Assembly (NCBI GenBank): GCA_016845365.1
Contig: JAERST010000011.1
Span: 1,044 to 65,043 of the forward strand
DNA length: 64,000 bases
Direction of reading: 5' to 3'
DNA from: Methanobacteriota archaeon
GTDB taxonomy: Archaea; Thermoplasmatota; Poseidoniia; Poseidoniales; Thalassarchaeaceae
In this document: piece after piece, positions 35,053 through 44,195 of the stretch
How positions within the stretch are numbered: the stretch's first letter is position 1
Layout: each line of letters opens with the position of its first letter
Made by a program: the position numbers and the translations under genes
Notes under the pieces: generated by a model
Seen by the model: the letters and a program-made list of their open reading frames with translations, nothing else
Database searches by the model: none
What the model was told of the DNA's origin: nothing

Positions 35053-38000
35053 ATGAGCATGCGGTCTGCTGGTTTCGGCGATTTTGAGAGGCAAAAGGCG
35101 GTGCTCGCCGTGGCCTCATTGCTACTTCTCTCGTTCTCGCCGTTATTTTTGGGCGGGGCATCGCAAGTCGCGGAGCCGCGGGATTCGCTTGATGATTCAA
35201 TCTCGGATCAGGCATTTACCGGCATCATCGAACCATGGACTGACGGAGACCAACCTTGGCCTCAGCCAGGACGTCATGCTGAGCGCACCTCTGCTGGCCC
35301 TGCACACTCGCCCGATGGTGGTGCTGGAGTCGGTGCGCCTGCCGATGCCGCGGAGCTGGCATCGGTTGTCGACCCGGTAGTCAATTGGGTGTACGGGTCG
35401 TATTCCATTGGTACTGATGCGCTCGGCACGCCGGTTGCTGACCTTAGTGCTTCAATCGTAACCGAAGATGCTGCGGCCGAGCGCTGCGGCGGAGATTCCC
35501 TGTTTACCATCATTGTTCAGACCGTTGTTGTGGGTGGGAGCGACCACAGTGTGTTGCGGATTATCGAGGGCGAGGATGCGGATTTGGCTTGGGAGGTCGA
35601 CTTGGGTGCGACAGAGATTGTCAAGGCATCTCCGGTTGTCGTCGACCTCGACGATGACGGCATGCAGGAGGTCTTGGTCGTCTACGATGCGGCTGGCACG
35701 ATGTTTGTCGATGCTTACTCACCTCGGCTCCAATGTTCTGTAACGGGTTGGTCGCCGGGCGGTTCAAAGAGTGGTGAATTATTGTGGACCTACAGTGATG
35801 ATGCTCTGCGGATTAGCAGTTCAGATGGACCTTACACTTCTTCATTATTCGGCGGTCACAAACCGACTACTCAACCACTTCTGGCAGATTTGGACCTCGA
35901 TGGCGATGCTGAACTTGTCTTAGCCGCCATCGACGAAATTAGCGAAGACCCAGTCATCGTGGCTCTTCCTTTGGGTGCTAATGGCGCTCCGACTCCAATT
36001 TGGGAGTCGACCTTGCAGGATGGCAGTCATCCCTCCGACCCCGCATTTGCACAGGTCGACGATGAGACCGCATACGTCTTGCTGACCACGACTCAGGCCT
36101 CTAGTGGCGCGATGTGGGTGTGGAAACTCGATTCGGCTGATGGTGACCAGAAATGGGGTGGATTGAGTTTAGCCAATCTCGATGGAGACTCAGACGTACC
36201 GCACATTCGCCTTCCCGGACCGGTGATTGCAAACCTCGATTCGGATTCCTCTCCTGAAATGATAATCACAATTCCAACAGATGCAGATGGTTCTACTACC
36301 GTCGACGGGGCAGAATACCGCGGTTTGGAAATTGATGATGGGGCTGAAATTTGGTCATTTGAAGCGGTGAATGGTTACGCCGATGCACCTCCACTCGCGG
36401 TCGATACCGACGATGATGATGTCATCGACCGCGTATGTTGGATTTCCTGGTATCAGGAAACTACCGCTCGCCATGGCCATGCAGGTTGCCACGATGTCTC
36501 TGGCAACAATCCCCAATTGGATTGGCATCACGATTTGGAACAATCGAGCGGTTCACCAAATGATGAGATCGCCGTCGCTCAACCAATTTGGATGGATATC
36601 GACGGCAATGGTGCGCCAGAGATGCTGGTAGCTTATGGGCGCACTCTCTGGGCTTGGGATGGCGATTCCGGAACACAAGCCTCAATCAATGACAATTGGA
36701 ATGACGAGGTCGAACTCGACCACAGGACTTGGTCTTCGCCAGCCCTCGCAGATGTCGATGGTGACGCCACGCTCGACATCATTCTCGGCGACACGGTCGT
36801 CTCGACAGCAATCGCCGACGTTCGGCCCTTACTCGACGGGCGCGCAATCGAGTTCAATCCGAGCGCGCCCGACCCCGGCGAGGAAGTGACTGTAACGGCC
36901 TTCTTTGAGAATGCAGGAACTTCCGAAGCCGACCGCGCGGTGGATGCAGTACTGTTTGCGGATGGAATCGAGATCGCCCGCCACCGCGCTGAAACTCTCG
37001 AACCGACAGACCCGACTGGTTCAGCAGGCTTCGAATCCTTCTCAGTCGAATGGTCTGGAGCACTCGGCGAGCATGAATTCGAACTCGTGCTCGACCCGTA
37101 TCAGAATGTAACTCAATCAAGATACGATAACGATGGACAGGTCACCACTCTGACCATCGTCCCGCCATACAATGCAACATTCGAGATGCCGACGAACCCC
37201 GTCCGCGTGAATCCAGGAGAGTCCACGATAGGACAGCCGACAGTTCGCTCGACCGGCCGCTTAGCAGGAATCTGGAGTCTCAGCGTTGACTCATCCGCTC
37301 TGCCTGAAGGATGGACTTGGAGCGACCAGACACCCGGCGGGATAACCAGCATCGAAATCGCCACCGATTCGACCTGGACGCCCTCACTCAGAATCCACGC
37401 GCCAGTCGACGCTGCGGGTTCGGACGCGGGTCATCTAACGCTGACGCTGACACTCGATGAAGACTCAAACGTCAGCGTTAGCGGAGTGTTACCAGTTGAA
37501 GCAAATCGAACTAGAGGCCTCTCGATTAGAGGGCCGTCAGGCACAACCGCCAGCATAGGATACGGATTGATTGGCGAGTCTGCGAAGGCTTGGCTAATCG
37601 TCGAAAACCTCGGTAATGCAGACGAGAACTCAATCTCTATGTTCTGGGATAGCACCGCTTGGGATTCAGCAGACAATAACCTCGCCCTTCACGATGAAGA
37701 TGGAGCGGAAATTCCAGCCCTAAGACTCGACGCGGGTGAGCAACGAATCGTAACTGCCCGCTTGGGAGTCCCCTCCGATGCAAATCTTGCAGATAGTGTT
37801 TCAACTCCATTGACGATGTGTGTTGGAAGTGGCGAGGAAGAAACATGCCAAACAGTCAATCTACAATTCATCGCGACCGCTGTGATTTCCGAGACTGACC
37901 ATCAACGAAGTATGCCCGAGAACACTCTGGAGTGGACGATAACGGCCGACTTACCTTCTACCAGTGGTGTTCTCGACTGGAGCATCAACGATGCGGGAAT

Positions 38001-40779
38001 GGGCATCGAAGATTGGCAGTGGAGCGCATCTGGTTCGCTCACAATCAATGGCGATGATATCACCATGCAAGGAGTTCCCGGTTCACGCGTAAGCGGCACC
38101 CTCACCCTCGAATTACCAGTGGACGCAGCTCCTGCATTCCACAGCTTTTCCGACGCCAGTAGCCTAGGGGCGGACTACTCTTTGAGAAATTCGGTAGAGG
38201 TCTTGCAAATTCATCGAGCATCTCTAACTCTTGTCTCGCCCACAGATTCCCCTCACCTCGTTGAGGTTGAGGAGCCAATCCCAGCCACGGTTCGCCTCTA
38301 CAATCCGGGGAACGGAGAGGATACTTACTCGATGTCGTACAACCTACTACTCGATGATAATCTCAGCGAAGACCCCGGCATACAAGTTACATTCAGCAGC
38401 ACGAGTATCACTCTCTCAGCAGGTAGTCTTCGCACCCTACCCGTCGAGGTCATCTTACCTGACACAACACCAGCACGCACTCCGGTAAATCTTGAGATTA
38501 CGATGACCTCGAATGGCGACCAAAGCGTCAGTTCTACAATCACCCTAACCCTTGAGGCGCGCCAAGACCATCGCTGGGAAATCGAACTCTCCCACTTTGG
38601 CCAAGATGTCTCAGGCAAGACATTCGCGGTCAACCCCGGCGATTCCTTCATCGTAGACATCAGCGCGACCAATGTTGGAAACCTGCACGACGATATCGAA
38701 ATCGCCGGCACCGGCACACTCGATCACGCTGGTTCAGACACCGCCACGAATTGGCTCATCGTCGGCGATAGCGCCGAATCTGTGCCGGTCAACGGCACCG
38801 CTACCCTCCAACTCATAGTCGAGGTGCCGACACAAGCATGGAATGGAACAACATTCGCAATCGATGTGATTGCGACCGCATTCGATGTAGCCGTCGCCGA
38901 CTTCGAATTCACCATCGAAACCGCCCACGTAGCGGGATGGACTGCGGTCGCACAAGACGCAGATTTGGAGATCGACCCCGAAGGGTCGGCAGTGACACTG
39001 AGCGTCATTCAGCAGGGTAATGCTCCGACTAGGCCGTACGCCTCTGTGCATGTGACCGGGGAGAATGGTTGGGTTGTTGAAGCGCCTGCGGAACTACCGA
39101 TTTTGGAACCGGGTCAAACCGCGCAACTCGACCTCGAAATCACCCCACCTGACACCGCAAGACACGGACGAACCGTCGAACTTCACGTAAAACTCAGAGA
39201 AGGAGATGGGAGCAGCGAGGCGACGATTACACTGCCGCTGCGAGTCGCCGTAATCCACGAATTTACGCTGGAAGGAAGCGGGAATTGGATAGTATCGGAT
39301 GAAGGCGGGTATCCTCATGCCCAGCTACAAAATCTAGGCAACGCACCAACGACCATTTCACTCGAAGTACTGAGCCTGCCCCAAGGTTGGACGGTTGACG
39401 GACGCAGTCAGGTTGTGCTTGGCGTTGGTGAGGTGACCGGAGTTCCATTGGAGGTAATTCCAGCCGACGATTGGGATGGAGCCTCGAGAACCATCCGAAT
39501 ATTGGCTCAGGATGAGGCTGGAAATCAGAGGGAAATTTCACTCGATACGCAGTACGAAGATCACTCTTGGGCATCGTCGCCGGTAATCGTGGTTGTCGAT
39601 GGAGATTCGGCTCTGCTCGACATCCACGGCACATCGCCTGCCTCCAGTGTGAGGGACGATATGCAGGCTGCATTAGATTGGGACCTGCAGGGTGGTTGGA
39701 TTTGGCAGGCGAGCGCTGGCGGAGTCGGGACTCAATTGACCGTTGATTCAGACTCCGTCTTGCCTTACTCGGCTTATGTTATCGAGCCATCGAGTCGTTA
39801 TGCTACCTGTGTAATCGATGGCTCGGCGGATTCGGTGAATGCTCATTGCAGCGTTGGAAATGGCACCGAATCCTATTCTTTCACTATCATGTTGATCGAC
39901 GATGAGGGTTCGATGCTCGACAGTCATGATGGTTTCATCGCAGCGAATACCACATCGGGGCGAATCAATCTCAGCACTGCCGGCTGGAATCCAAGCCCCG
40001 GCATGCGCGAATTGACGATTCGCCTGCTAGATTCGAGAGGGATTCTTGTCGCCTCGGAAGAGACTTCCTTTGAGATTCGCCGAACCGACTGGAATGTTGG
40101 ATTGGTTGGATTAGAGATTGAGGGTGAAGGCGAATCTCAGAAAATCAAGGTATTGACCAAGAGGGAATACCATCACCTTCTGACCGATGCAGATTGCAGC
40201 ATCTCCGTCGAAGCGGGAGCTCACAGCGCGACCCATAGCATCGACGTCACGGGAATTTACCCGCCCGAGCCAAAGTTGGACCGACCCGATGTTCCAGATG
40301 GAACAGAAATGATCGTCACCATTCAGTGCGAATTCCCGTGGGATGAAGATTCTGATTCAGGTGATGATGAGGCTCGATTGATCCTCTCTGGAGGCTCAAT
40401 CGGTGGCGGTGGGGGCTTCGAATGGGGCACCGCCTTGGGTTCGGCTGGACTGATTATTGCACTCGCACTTATCCTAACTTGGATTCTCTACAACCAGCGC
40501 GAGCGCCGACGGCTGCTAGACATGACTGAGGCCGTAATCAAACAGAAGGGGAAGAAGTCGGTTACTCAGAAGAGTAGAACCGAGCAAATTCAGCCCCGGA
40601 CTCCCGAGCCTCCTGCACCAGTTGACCAGCCAACCGCTCCAGCCGATGAGACTCTGAGCACCACTCGAGAACCTGTGCCTGAACCCCAACCTGAACCGCC
40701 TACTCAAAGTCCAGAACCTGTCGAGGAAGACCTGGATGAGTTCGAGAGCAGGTTCAAGCGTCTAACCGGTGGCGAGTGA
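35053..40779 (+). CDS. Giant surface protein (1908 aa): FG-GAP-like repeats, many Ig/CARDB-like modules, C-terminal TM and Pro-rich tail
   Basis: Signal or anchor LAVASLLLLSFSPLFLGGASQ. FG-GAP-like Ca motifs DLDDDGMQEVLVV, DLDLDGDAELVLA, NLDSDSSPEMII, DIDGNGAPEMLVA, DVDGDATLDIILG. TM LGSAGLIIALALILTWILY followed by RERRR and a P/E/Q-rich tail. Confidence 0.85.
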   Translation: MSMRSAGFGDFERQKAVLAVASLLLLSFSPLFLGGASQVAEPRDSLDDSISDQAFTGIIEPWTDGDQPWPQPGRHAERTSAGPAHSPDGGAGVGAPADAAELASVVDPVVNWVYGSYSIGTDALGTPVADLSASIVTEDAAAERCGGDSLFTIIVQTVVVGGSDHSVLRIIEGEDADLAWEVDLGATEIVKASPVVVDLDDDGMQEVLVVYDAAGTMFVDAYSPRLQCSVTGWSPGGSKSGELLWTYSDDALRISSSDGPYTSSLFGGHKPTTQPLLADLDLDGDAELVLAAIDEISEDPVIVALPLGANGAPTPIWESTLQDGSHPSDPAFAQVDDETAYVLLTTTQASSGAMWVWKLDSADGDQKWGGLSLANLDGDSDVPHIRLPGPVIANLDSDSSPEMIITIPTDADGSTTVDGAEYRGLEIDDGAEIWSFEAVNGYADAPPLAVDTDDDDVIDRVCWISWYQETTARHGHAGCHDVSGNNPQLDWHHDLEQSSGSPNDEIAVAQPIWMDIDGNGAPEMLVAYGRTLWAWDGDSGTQASINDNWNDEVELDHRTWSSPALADVDGDATLDIILGDTVVSTAIADVRPLLDGRAIEFNPSAPDPGEEVTVTAFFENAGTSEADRAVDAVLFADGIEIARHRAETLEPTDPTGSAGFESFSVEWSGALGEHEFELVLDPYQNVTQSRYDNDGQVTTLTIVPPYNATFEMPTNPVRVNPGESTIGQPTVRSTGRLAGIWSLSVDSSALPEGWTWSDQTPGGITSIEIATDSTWTPSLRIHAPVDAAGSDAGHLTLTLTLDEDSNVSVSGVLPVEANRTRGLSIRGPSGTTASIGYGLIGESAKAWLIVENLGNADENSISMFWDSTAWDSADNNLALHDEDGAEIPALRLDAGEQRIVTARLGVPSDANLADSVSTPLTMCVGSGEEETCQTVNLQFIATAVISETDHQRSMPENTLEWTITADLPSTSGVLDWSINDAGMGIEDWQWSASGSLTINGDDITMQGVPGSRVSGTLTLELPVDAAPAFHSFSDASSLGADYSLRNSVEVLQIHRASLTLVSPTDSPHLVEVEEPIPATVRLYNPGNGEDTYSMSYNLLLDDNLSEDPGIQVTFSSTSITLSAGSLRTLPVEVILPDTTPARTPVNLEITMTSNGDQSVSSTITLTLEARQDHRWEIELSHFGQDVSGKTFAVNPGDSFIVDISATNVGNLHDDIEIAGTGTLDHAGSDTATNWLIVGDSAESVPVNGTATLQLIVEVPTQAWNGTTFAIDVIATAFDVAVADFEFTIETAHVAGWTAVAQDADLEIDPEGSAVTLSVIQQGNAPTRPYASVHVTGENGWVVEAPAELPILEPGQTAQLDLEITPPDTARHGRTVELHVKLREGDGSSEATITLPLRVAVIHEFTLEGSGNWIVSDEGGYPHAQLQNLGNAPTTISLEVLSLPQGWTVDGRSQVVLGVGEVTGVPLEVIPADDWDGASRTIRILAQDEAGNQREISLDTQYEDHSWASSPVIVVVDGDSALLDIHGTSPASSVRDDMQAALDWDLQGGWIWQASAGGVGTQLTVDSDSVLPYSAYVIEPSSRYATCVIDGSADSVNAHCSVGNGTESYSFTIMLIDDEGSMLDSHDGFIAANTTSGRINLSTAGWNPSPGMRELTIRLLDSRGILVASEETSFEIRRTDWNVGLVGLEIEGEGESQKIKVLTKREYHHLLTDADCSISVEAGAHSATHSIDVTGIYPPEPKLDRPDVPDGTEMIVTIQCEFPWDEDSDSGDDEARLILSGGSIGGGGGFEWGTALGSAGLIIALALILTWILYNQRERRRLLDMTEAVIKQKGKKSVTQKSRTEQIQPRTPEPPAPVDQPTAPADETLSTTREPVPEPQPEPPTQSPEPVEEDLDEFESRFKRLTGGE

Positions 40780-40796
40780 ACGCCGCAGGTGGTCCG

Positions 40797-41420
40797 ATGA
40801 GCCGTTACATCCCTCCCAGTCCATTCCATACTTTCGAGCCACTGCGCCGCGATCCATTGGAATTAATCCCCTTGATTCAGGCATCTCAAGGCGGAGATCA
40901 TGGTGAACTCAAGAATCTGGATGGAGTACCCGCCTCAATTCTCGGATTGGTAGAGGGTGAGAAGCCTGAACTCGATGCTGCGATGACGCTGTTTCTTTGC
41001 AGTGTAGCGTGGAAATCTGATGGAGGAATGCCTGAACCTCTCGACAAGGGAGTATCGCGTGAGCGAATTGGGCGATTTCCGATTGAGGGCGGCAATGCGA
41101 TCGCCTACCTGCTCGACCACACTATCGAGAAGGCTGAAGACGGTCTGCACGATTTTCTGGCAAAATTGGCCCTTGGATTGGATGAAGAATTCCTCGGCGA
41201 GGCTGGATTCTCACATGGTGCCGGTGGACTCGAATTGTGTGGTTGGTTAGATGCTAAGGAGGTTCGAAGCCTTCGCCGTGCGATTCAGCGGGGCAAGTGG
41301 GCAGTTGACCCAGAAGAGCCGCTCGATGGTGGAGTAGCCGATGCCTTTCGCCATCTGACAATCCTACTTCGTGGGGTGGAGAAGCGTGGCTGCGGCTTGC
41401 TGATGCGAAGGCACGCCTGA
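40797..41420 (+). CDS. Hypothetical cytoplasmic protein directly downstream of the giant gene
   Basis: 207 aa from the first ATG. The ORF-track GTG start at 40776 overlaps the giant gene's stop. No motifs recognised. Confidence 0.45.
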   Translation: MSRYIPPSPFHTFEPLRRDPLELIPLIQASQGGDHGELKNLDGVPASILGLVEGEKPELDAAMTLFLCSVAWKSDGGMPEPLDKGVSRERIGRFPIEGGNAIAYLLDHTIEKAEDGLHDFLAKLALGLDEEFLGEAGFSHGAGGLELCGWLDAKEVRSLRRAIQRGKWAVDPEEPLDGGVADAFRHLTILLRGVEKRGCGLLMRRHA

Positions 41421-41439
41421 GTTGTGACCCAACTCTGAA

Positions 41440-42177
41440 TTAGCGAATCCGACGAGAATATAGTTCGTCGAAAATCGGTTGAACTTCCGCAAGGACTTCT
41501 TGGTGCTCGGGCGGAAGTTCGCCTATCCGTGGGCGGTACTCCGCAAAACCGTCCGATGCCCAAACTGCATCGTACCAGTGCTCGGCCCAGATTCCATCGC
41601 ATTGCTTCGGGCCGACCTTCCAACTCAGCATCGATTCATCGAAGGGGATTCCCAGTCTTCCACAGACTTTGCTCAGCATCCCCTTTGGGTCGAGTAAGAT
41701 ATCTCTCGAATCAACAATGACAACGGGCTCGCCCAGTTTCTCCACCTCCGTCACGATGCGAGCCTGTTGTGGCAAACCCGTTGCCCAGGCATCGACTGCA
41801 TCGGTCTTCTTGGCAAGTGAAAGCAAGACTTCGCGAGGGTCACGGATGAGAAAACAATTGGAAACCTCCGACAACCAAGCCAACTCCACCCCCTCGATCA
41901 TGTGGTGACACATGTGTTTCTGATACCATATCGGCGAGCCGTCCGGCACATCGCCTGTCAGATGCCCGACCACGGCTCGCCAATCGGTTTCACCTGCGGC
42001 GATAACCGATTCAGCGCCCGGGTGTTCTACCCCGGTCGCTGCCAAATAATGAGCATAAAACGGCTCATCGCTGGCAAAACAGTCGGGCCGAGAATCGAAG
42101 GAATACATCATCGCAGTCGAGATGTTTCGAGGCCCCGACCACATCGCGATTCGCTTTACTGAGCCCATGTCAAGCAC
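41440..42177 (-). CDS. Sulfotransferase-like P-loop family protein
   Basis: MWSGPRNISTAMMYSF...DEPFYAHYL...WYQKHMCHHM matches a conserved family usually annotated as sulfotransferase family protein (from memory). Its start overlaps the upstream aminotransferase gene by 8 nt. Confidence 0.55.
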   Translation of the reverse strand: MLDMGSVKRIAMWSGPRNISTAMMYSFDSRPDCFASDEPFYAHYLAATGVEHPGAESVIAAGETDWRAVVGHLTGDVPDGSPIWYQKHMCHHMIEGVELAWLSEVSNCFLIRDPREVLLSLAKKTDAVDAWATGLPQQARIVTEVEKLGEPVVIVDSRDILLDPKGMLSKVCGRLGIPFDESMLSWKVGPKQCDGIWAEHWYDAVWASDGFAEYRPRIGELPPEHQEVLAEVQPIFDELYSRRIR

Positions 42178-43078
42178 CCGCTTCGCGTTTCACCAAGTCG
42201 ATGTAGAGATTCTGCAGACGTTCAGCCATCGGACCGCGCAAACCCCCGCTCATCGGCTCGCCATCGTAGCGCACAACCGGCGTCAAACCGGCAAATGTTC
42301 CTGTCACGAAAGCCTCGTCGGCCGTGCGCACATGCTCGGTTGTGAAGTCCTTCTCAAAACTCGGAATCCCGTTTGCTTCGCATAGGTCCAGGATTTTGCG
42401 ACGGGTGATGCCGTCGAGGCAGTGCTCACCCGTCGAGGTCCAAACTTCGCCGTTTCTGACGATGAAAAAGTGGGTTGAATTGCAGGTAGCGACGTTTCCG
42501 TTAGGGTCGAGCATGAGGCCTTCATCGCCGCCTTTTCTGCCTGCATCGAGGCATCCTGCGATGCAATTGTGCTTGGACAGGCTGTTGATTCGCGGGTCCT
42601 GAACATTCTGCGGCCCGCGAATGATGTCTACGGTTACAAGACTAATTCCATCGATTGCCCGCTGTGGATTGGCTTCCTTGTATTCGGGGATGATGACGAT
42701 GGTCGGAGGTCCGGCTACCACCCACGGTGCTTGGTACGGAGTTGGCTTGAGGCCGCGGGTGACGATTAGGCGAATGTGGACATTATCGTGCATTTGGTTG
42801 GCTTCGACGACTTCTTCGATACGCGCGAGCATGGCCTCGCGCGAAATTGGAATCTCCAGACCGATGACCTCTGCCCCATGCCACAAACGGTCGAGATGAT
42901 CGTCGATGAAGACTAGAACTCCCCCATGCAAGCGGAAGGCTTCCCAAACCCCATCGCCGAGTAGGAAGCCGGCGTCCATCACAGAGACCTTAGCCTCAGG
43001 ACGCCGAAACAATTCGCCGTCTATCGAAATCCAGACATCGGCATTGCGAGGGTCGTCGACGTACTCGTGAGTTCCCAC
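42170..43078 (-). CDS. Class IV (fold type IV) PLP aminotransferase, branched-chain/D-amino-acid type
   Basis: DAGFLLGDGVWEAFRLHGG, IRLIVTRG, LSKHNCIAGCLDAGRKGGDEGLMLD, CLDGITRRKILDL, DEAFVTGTFAGLTPV. Confidence 0.85.
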   Translation of the reverse strand: MGTHEYVDDPRNADVWISIDGELFRRPEAKVSVMDAGFLLGDGVWEAFRLHGGVLVFIDDHLDRLWHGAEVIGLEIPISREAMLARIEEVVEANQMHDNVHIRLIVTRGLKPTPYQAPWVVAGPPTIVIIPEYKEANPQRAIDGISLVTVDIIRGPQNVQDPRINSLSKHNCIAGCLDAGRKGGDEGLMLDPNGNVATCNSTHFFIVRNGEVWTSTGEHCLDGITRRKILDLCEANGIPSFEKDFTTEHVRTADEAFVTGTFAGLTPVVRYDGEPMSGGLRGPMAERLQNLYIDLVKREAGA

Positions 43079-43104
43079 GGCCGACCCTCGAACCCACCAT
43101 CACT

Positions 43105-44016
43105 TCAGAATGACTGACCGGTCAAACGCTCGTACATGTCCGCGTAAAGTGTCGAAGTCTGGTCGATTATCTCCTGCGGCAGAGCAGGAATCGGTGGCTC
43201 CTCAGCCCCAGTTTGACGAGCCTCGTACAATTCGGAGTGATGACCGGTCCCAAGATAATGACCGCGAACGAATTCCTTTGACAACTGAACAATCTCGCCT
43301 TCTGCGTACGCGGCAGAATCCCACCAGCGGTCCTCATCGAGCGTGCCGAAGGAATCGACAAGCACCGGCACGCGACCAGCGCCGAGCGCGAATTCCTTCT
43401 TTCCGTCGACATGAATCAATCCGCGTGCACCTGCCTCGCGCTCGATGATTTCATCGACCTCAACCGCAATCCGACAAATCGCATCGAATTCATCTCCAGT
43501 CAAGTTCGAGATCTCCAAGGCCTCTTCGCGGTCTAGCAATCTATCGAACTTCTCGAACTTGGTACTAACCTCAACATATGGAGCCGGTAACTTCACTCCT
43601 TCCTCGAGCACAGTTCCCGGCTCAAAACCAAATTCTTCAGCAGGCGCATCTCCACGCTTGTACCGGCGCCAGCCGCTACCAGCCAAGTAATGCCGACAAA
43701 TGACCTCAAGTGGCACGAAGACGTTCTCTCTATCACGTGCGATTGCACCCGGTTCTCGGACCACGTCAAAGCGTCGTGCAAGCACGCGGTCCGGCGCGTT
43801 CATCTCGATGATATGCGTATCACAGATGCCCGCGTCCTCAACCAGCTTGAACCAGTGGCACGAGGTTCGGTTTAGCGACTCACCTTTGCGGGGGATGAGG
43901 CTTGGGATAATCTGGTCGAAGACTGAAATTTGGTCAGTATATCGAAATTCAATGACATCGGGGTCATCCGTACTCCAAACCTGCTTCACTTTGCCATGGT
44001 AAATCATCTCGCCCAT
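43105..44016 (-). CDS. purC: SAICAR synthetase
   Basis: MGEMIYHGKVKQVW...TDQISVFD...GESLNRTS... is typical of PurC. Start set at ATG 44016; the 46-aa upstream extension in the ORF track is Cys/Phe-rich and implausible. Confidence 0.88.
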   Translation of the reverse strand: MGEMIYHGKVKQVWSTDDPDVIEFRYTDQISVFDQIIPSLIPRKGESLNRTSCHWFKLVEDAGICDTHIIEMNAPDRVLARRFDVVREPGAIARDRENVFVPLEVICRHYLAGSGWRRYKRGDAPAEEFGFEPGTVLEEGVKLPAPYVEVSTKFEKFDRLLDREEALEISNLTGDEFDAICRIAVEVDEIIEREAGARGLIHVDGKKEFALGAGRVPVLVDSFGTLDEDRWWDSAAYAEGEIVQLSKEFVRGHYLGTGHHSELYEARQTGAEEPPIPALPQEIIDQTSTLYADMYERLTGQSF

Positions 44017-44195
44017 ATCGCACCCGCCTGCGCCAGCCGCCGATGAACATTGCTGGTGCGCAGACTCGAAAAAAATAGAGAAAATTGAGTCGAATCCGGC
44101 TGTCTTCGCTAGAAAGGAAATCCGTCGAAAGCAAAAACCATCACAGTGATGCAATACGGGTCGATTCTATATCCCAACTACGGCCGGATTAACCT

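Noticed and set aside
35050-35056. C-box-like UGAUGA suggesting a C/D box sRNA
   Set aside because: It overlaps the start codon of the giant gene, the preceding base is C rather than a purine, and no D box (CUGA) lies at the proper distance with terminal pairing.
44017-44154. 46-codon N-terminal extension of purC, and likewise 48407..48535 for gdhA
   Set aside because: The extensions are Cys/Phe/Gly-rich and unlike the families. Internal Met codons give canonical N-termini (MGEMIYHGKVK; [11 protein letters not shown]).
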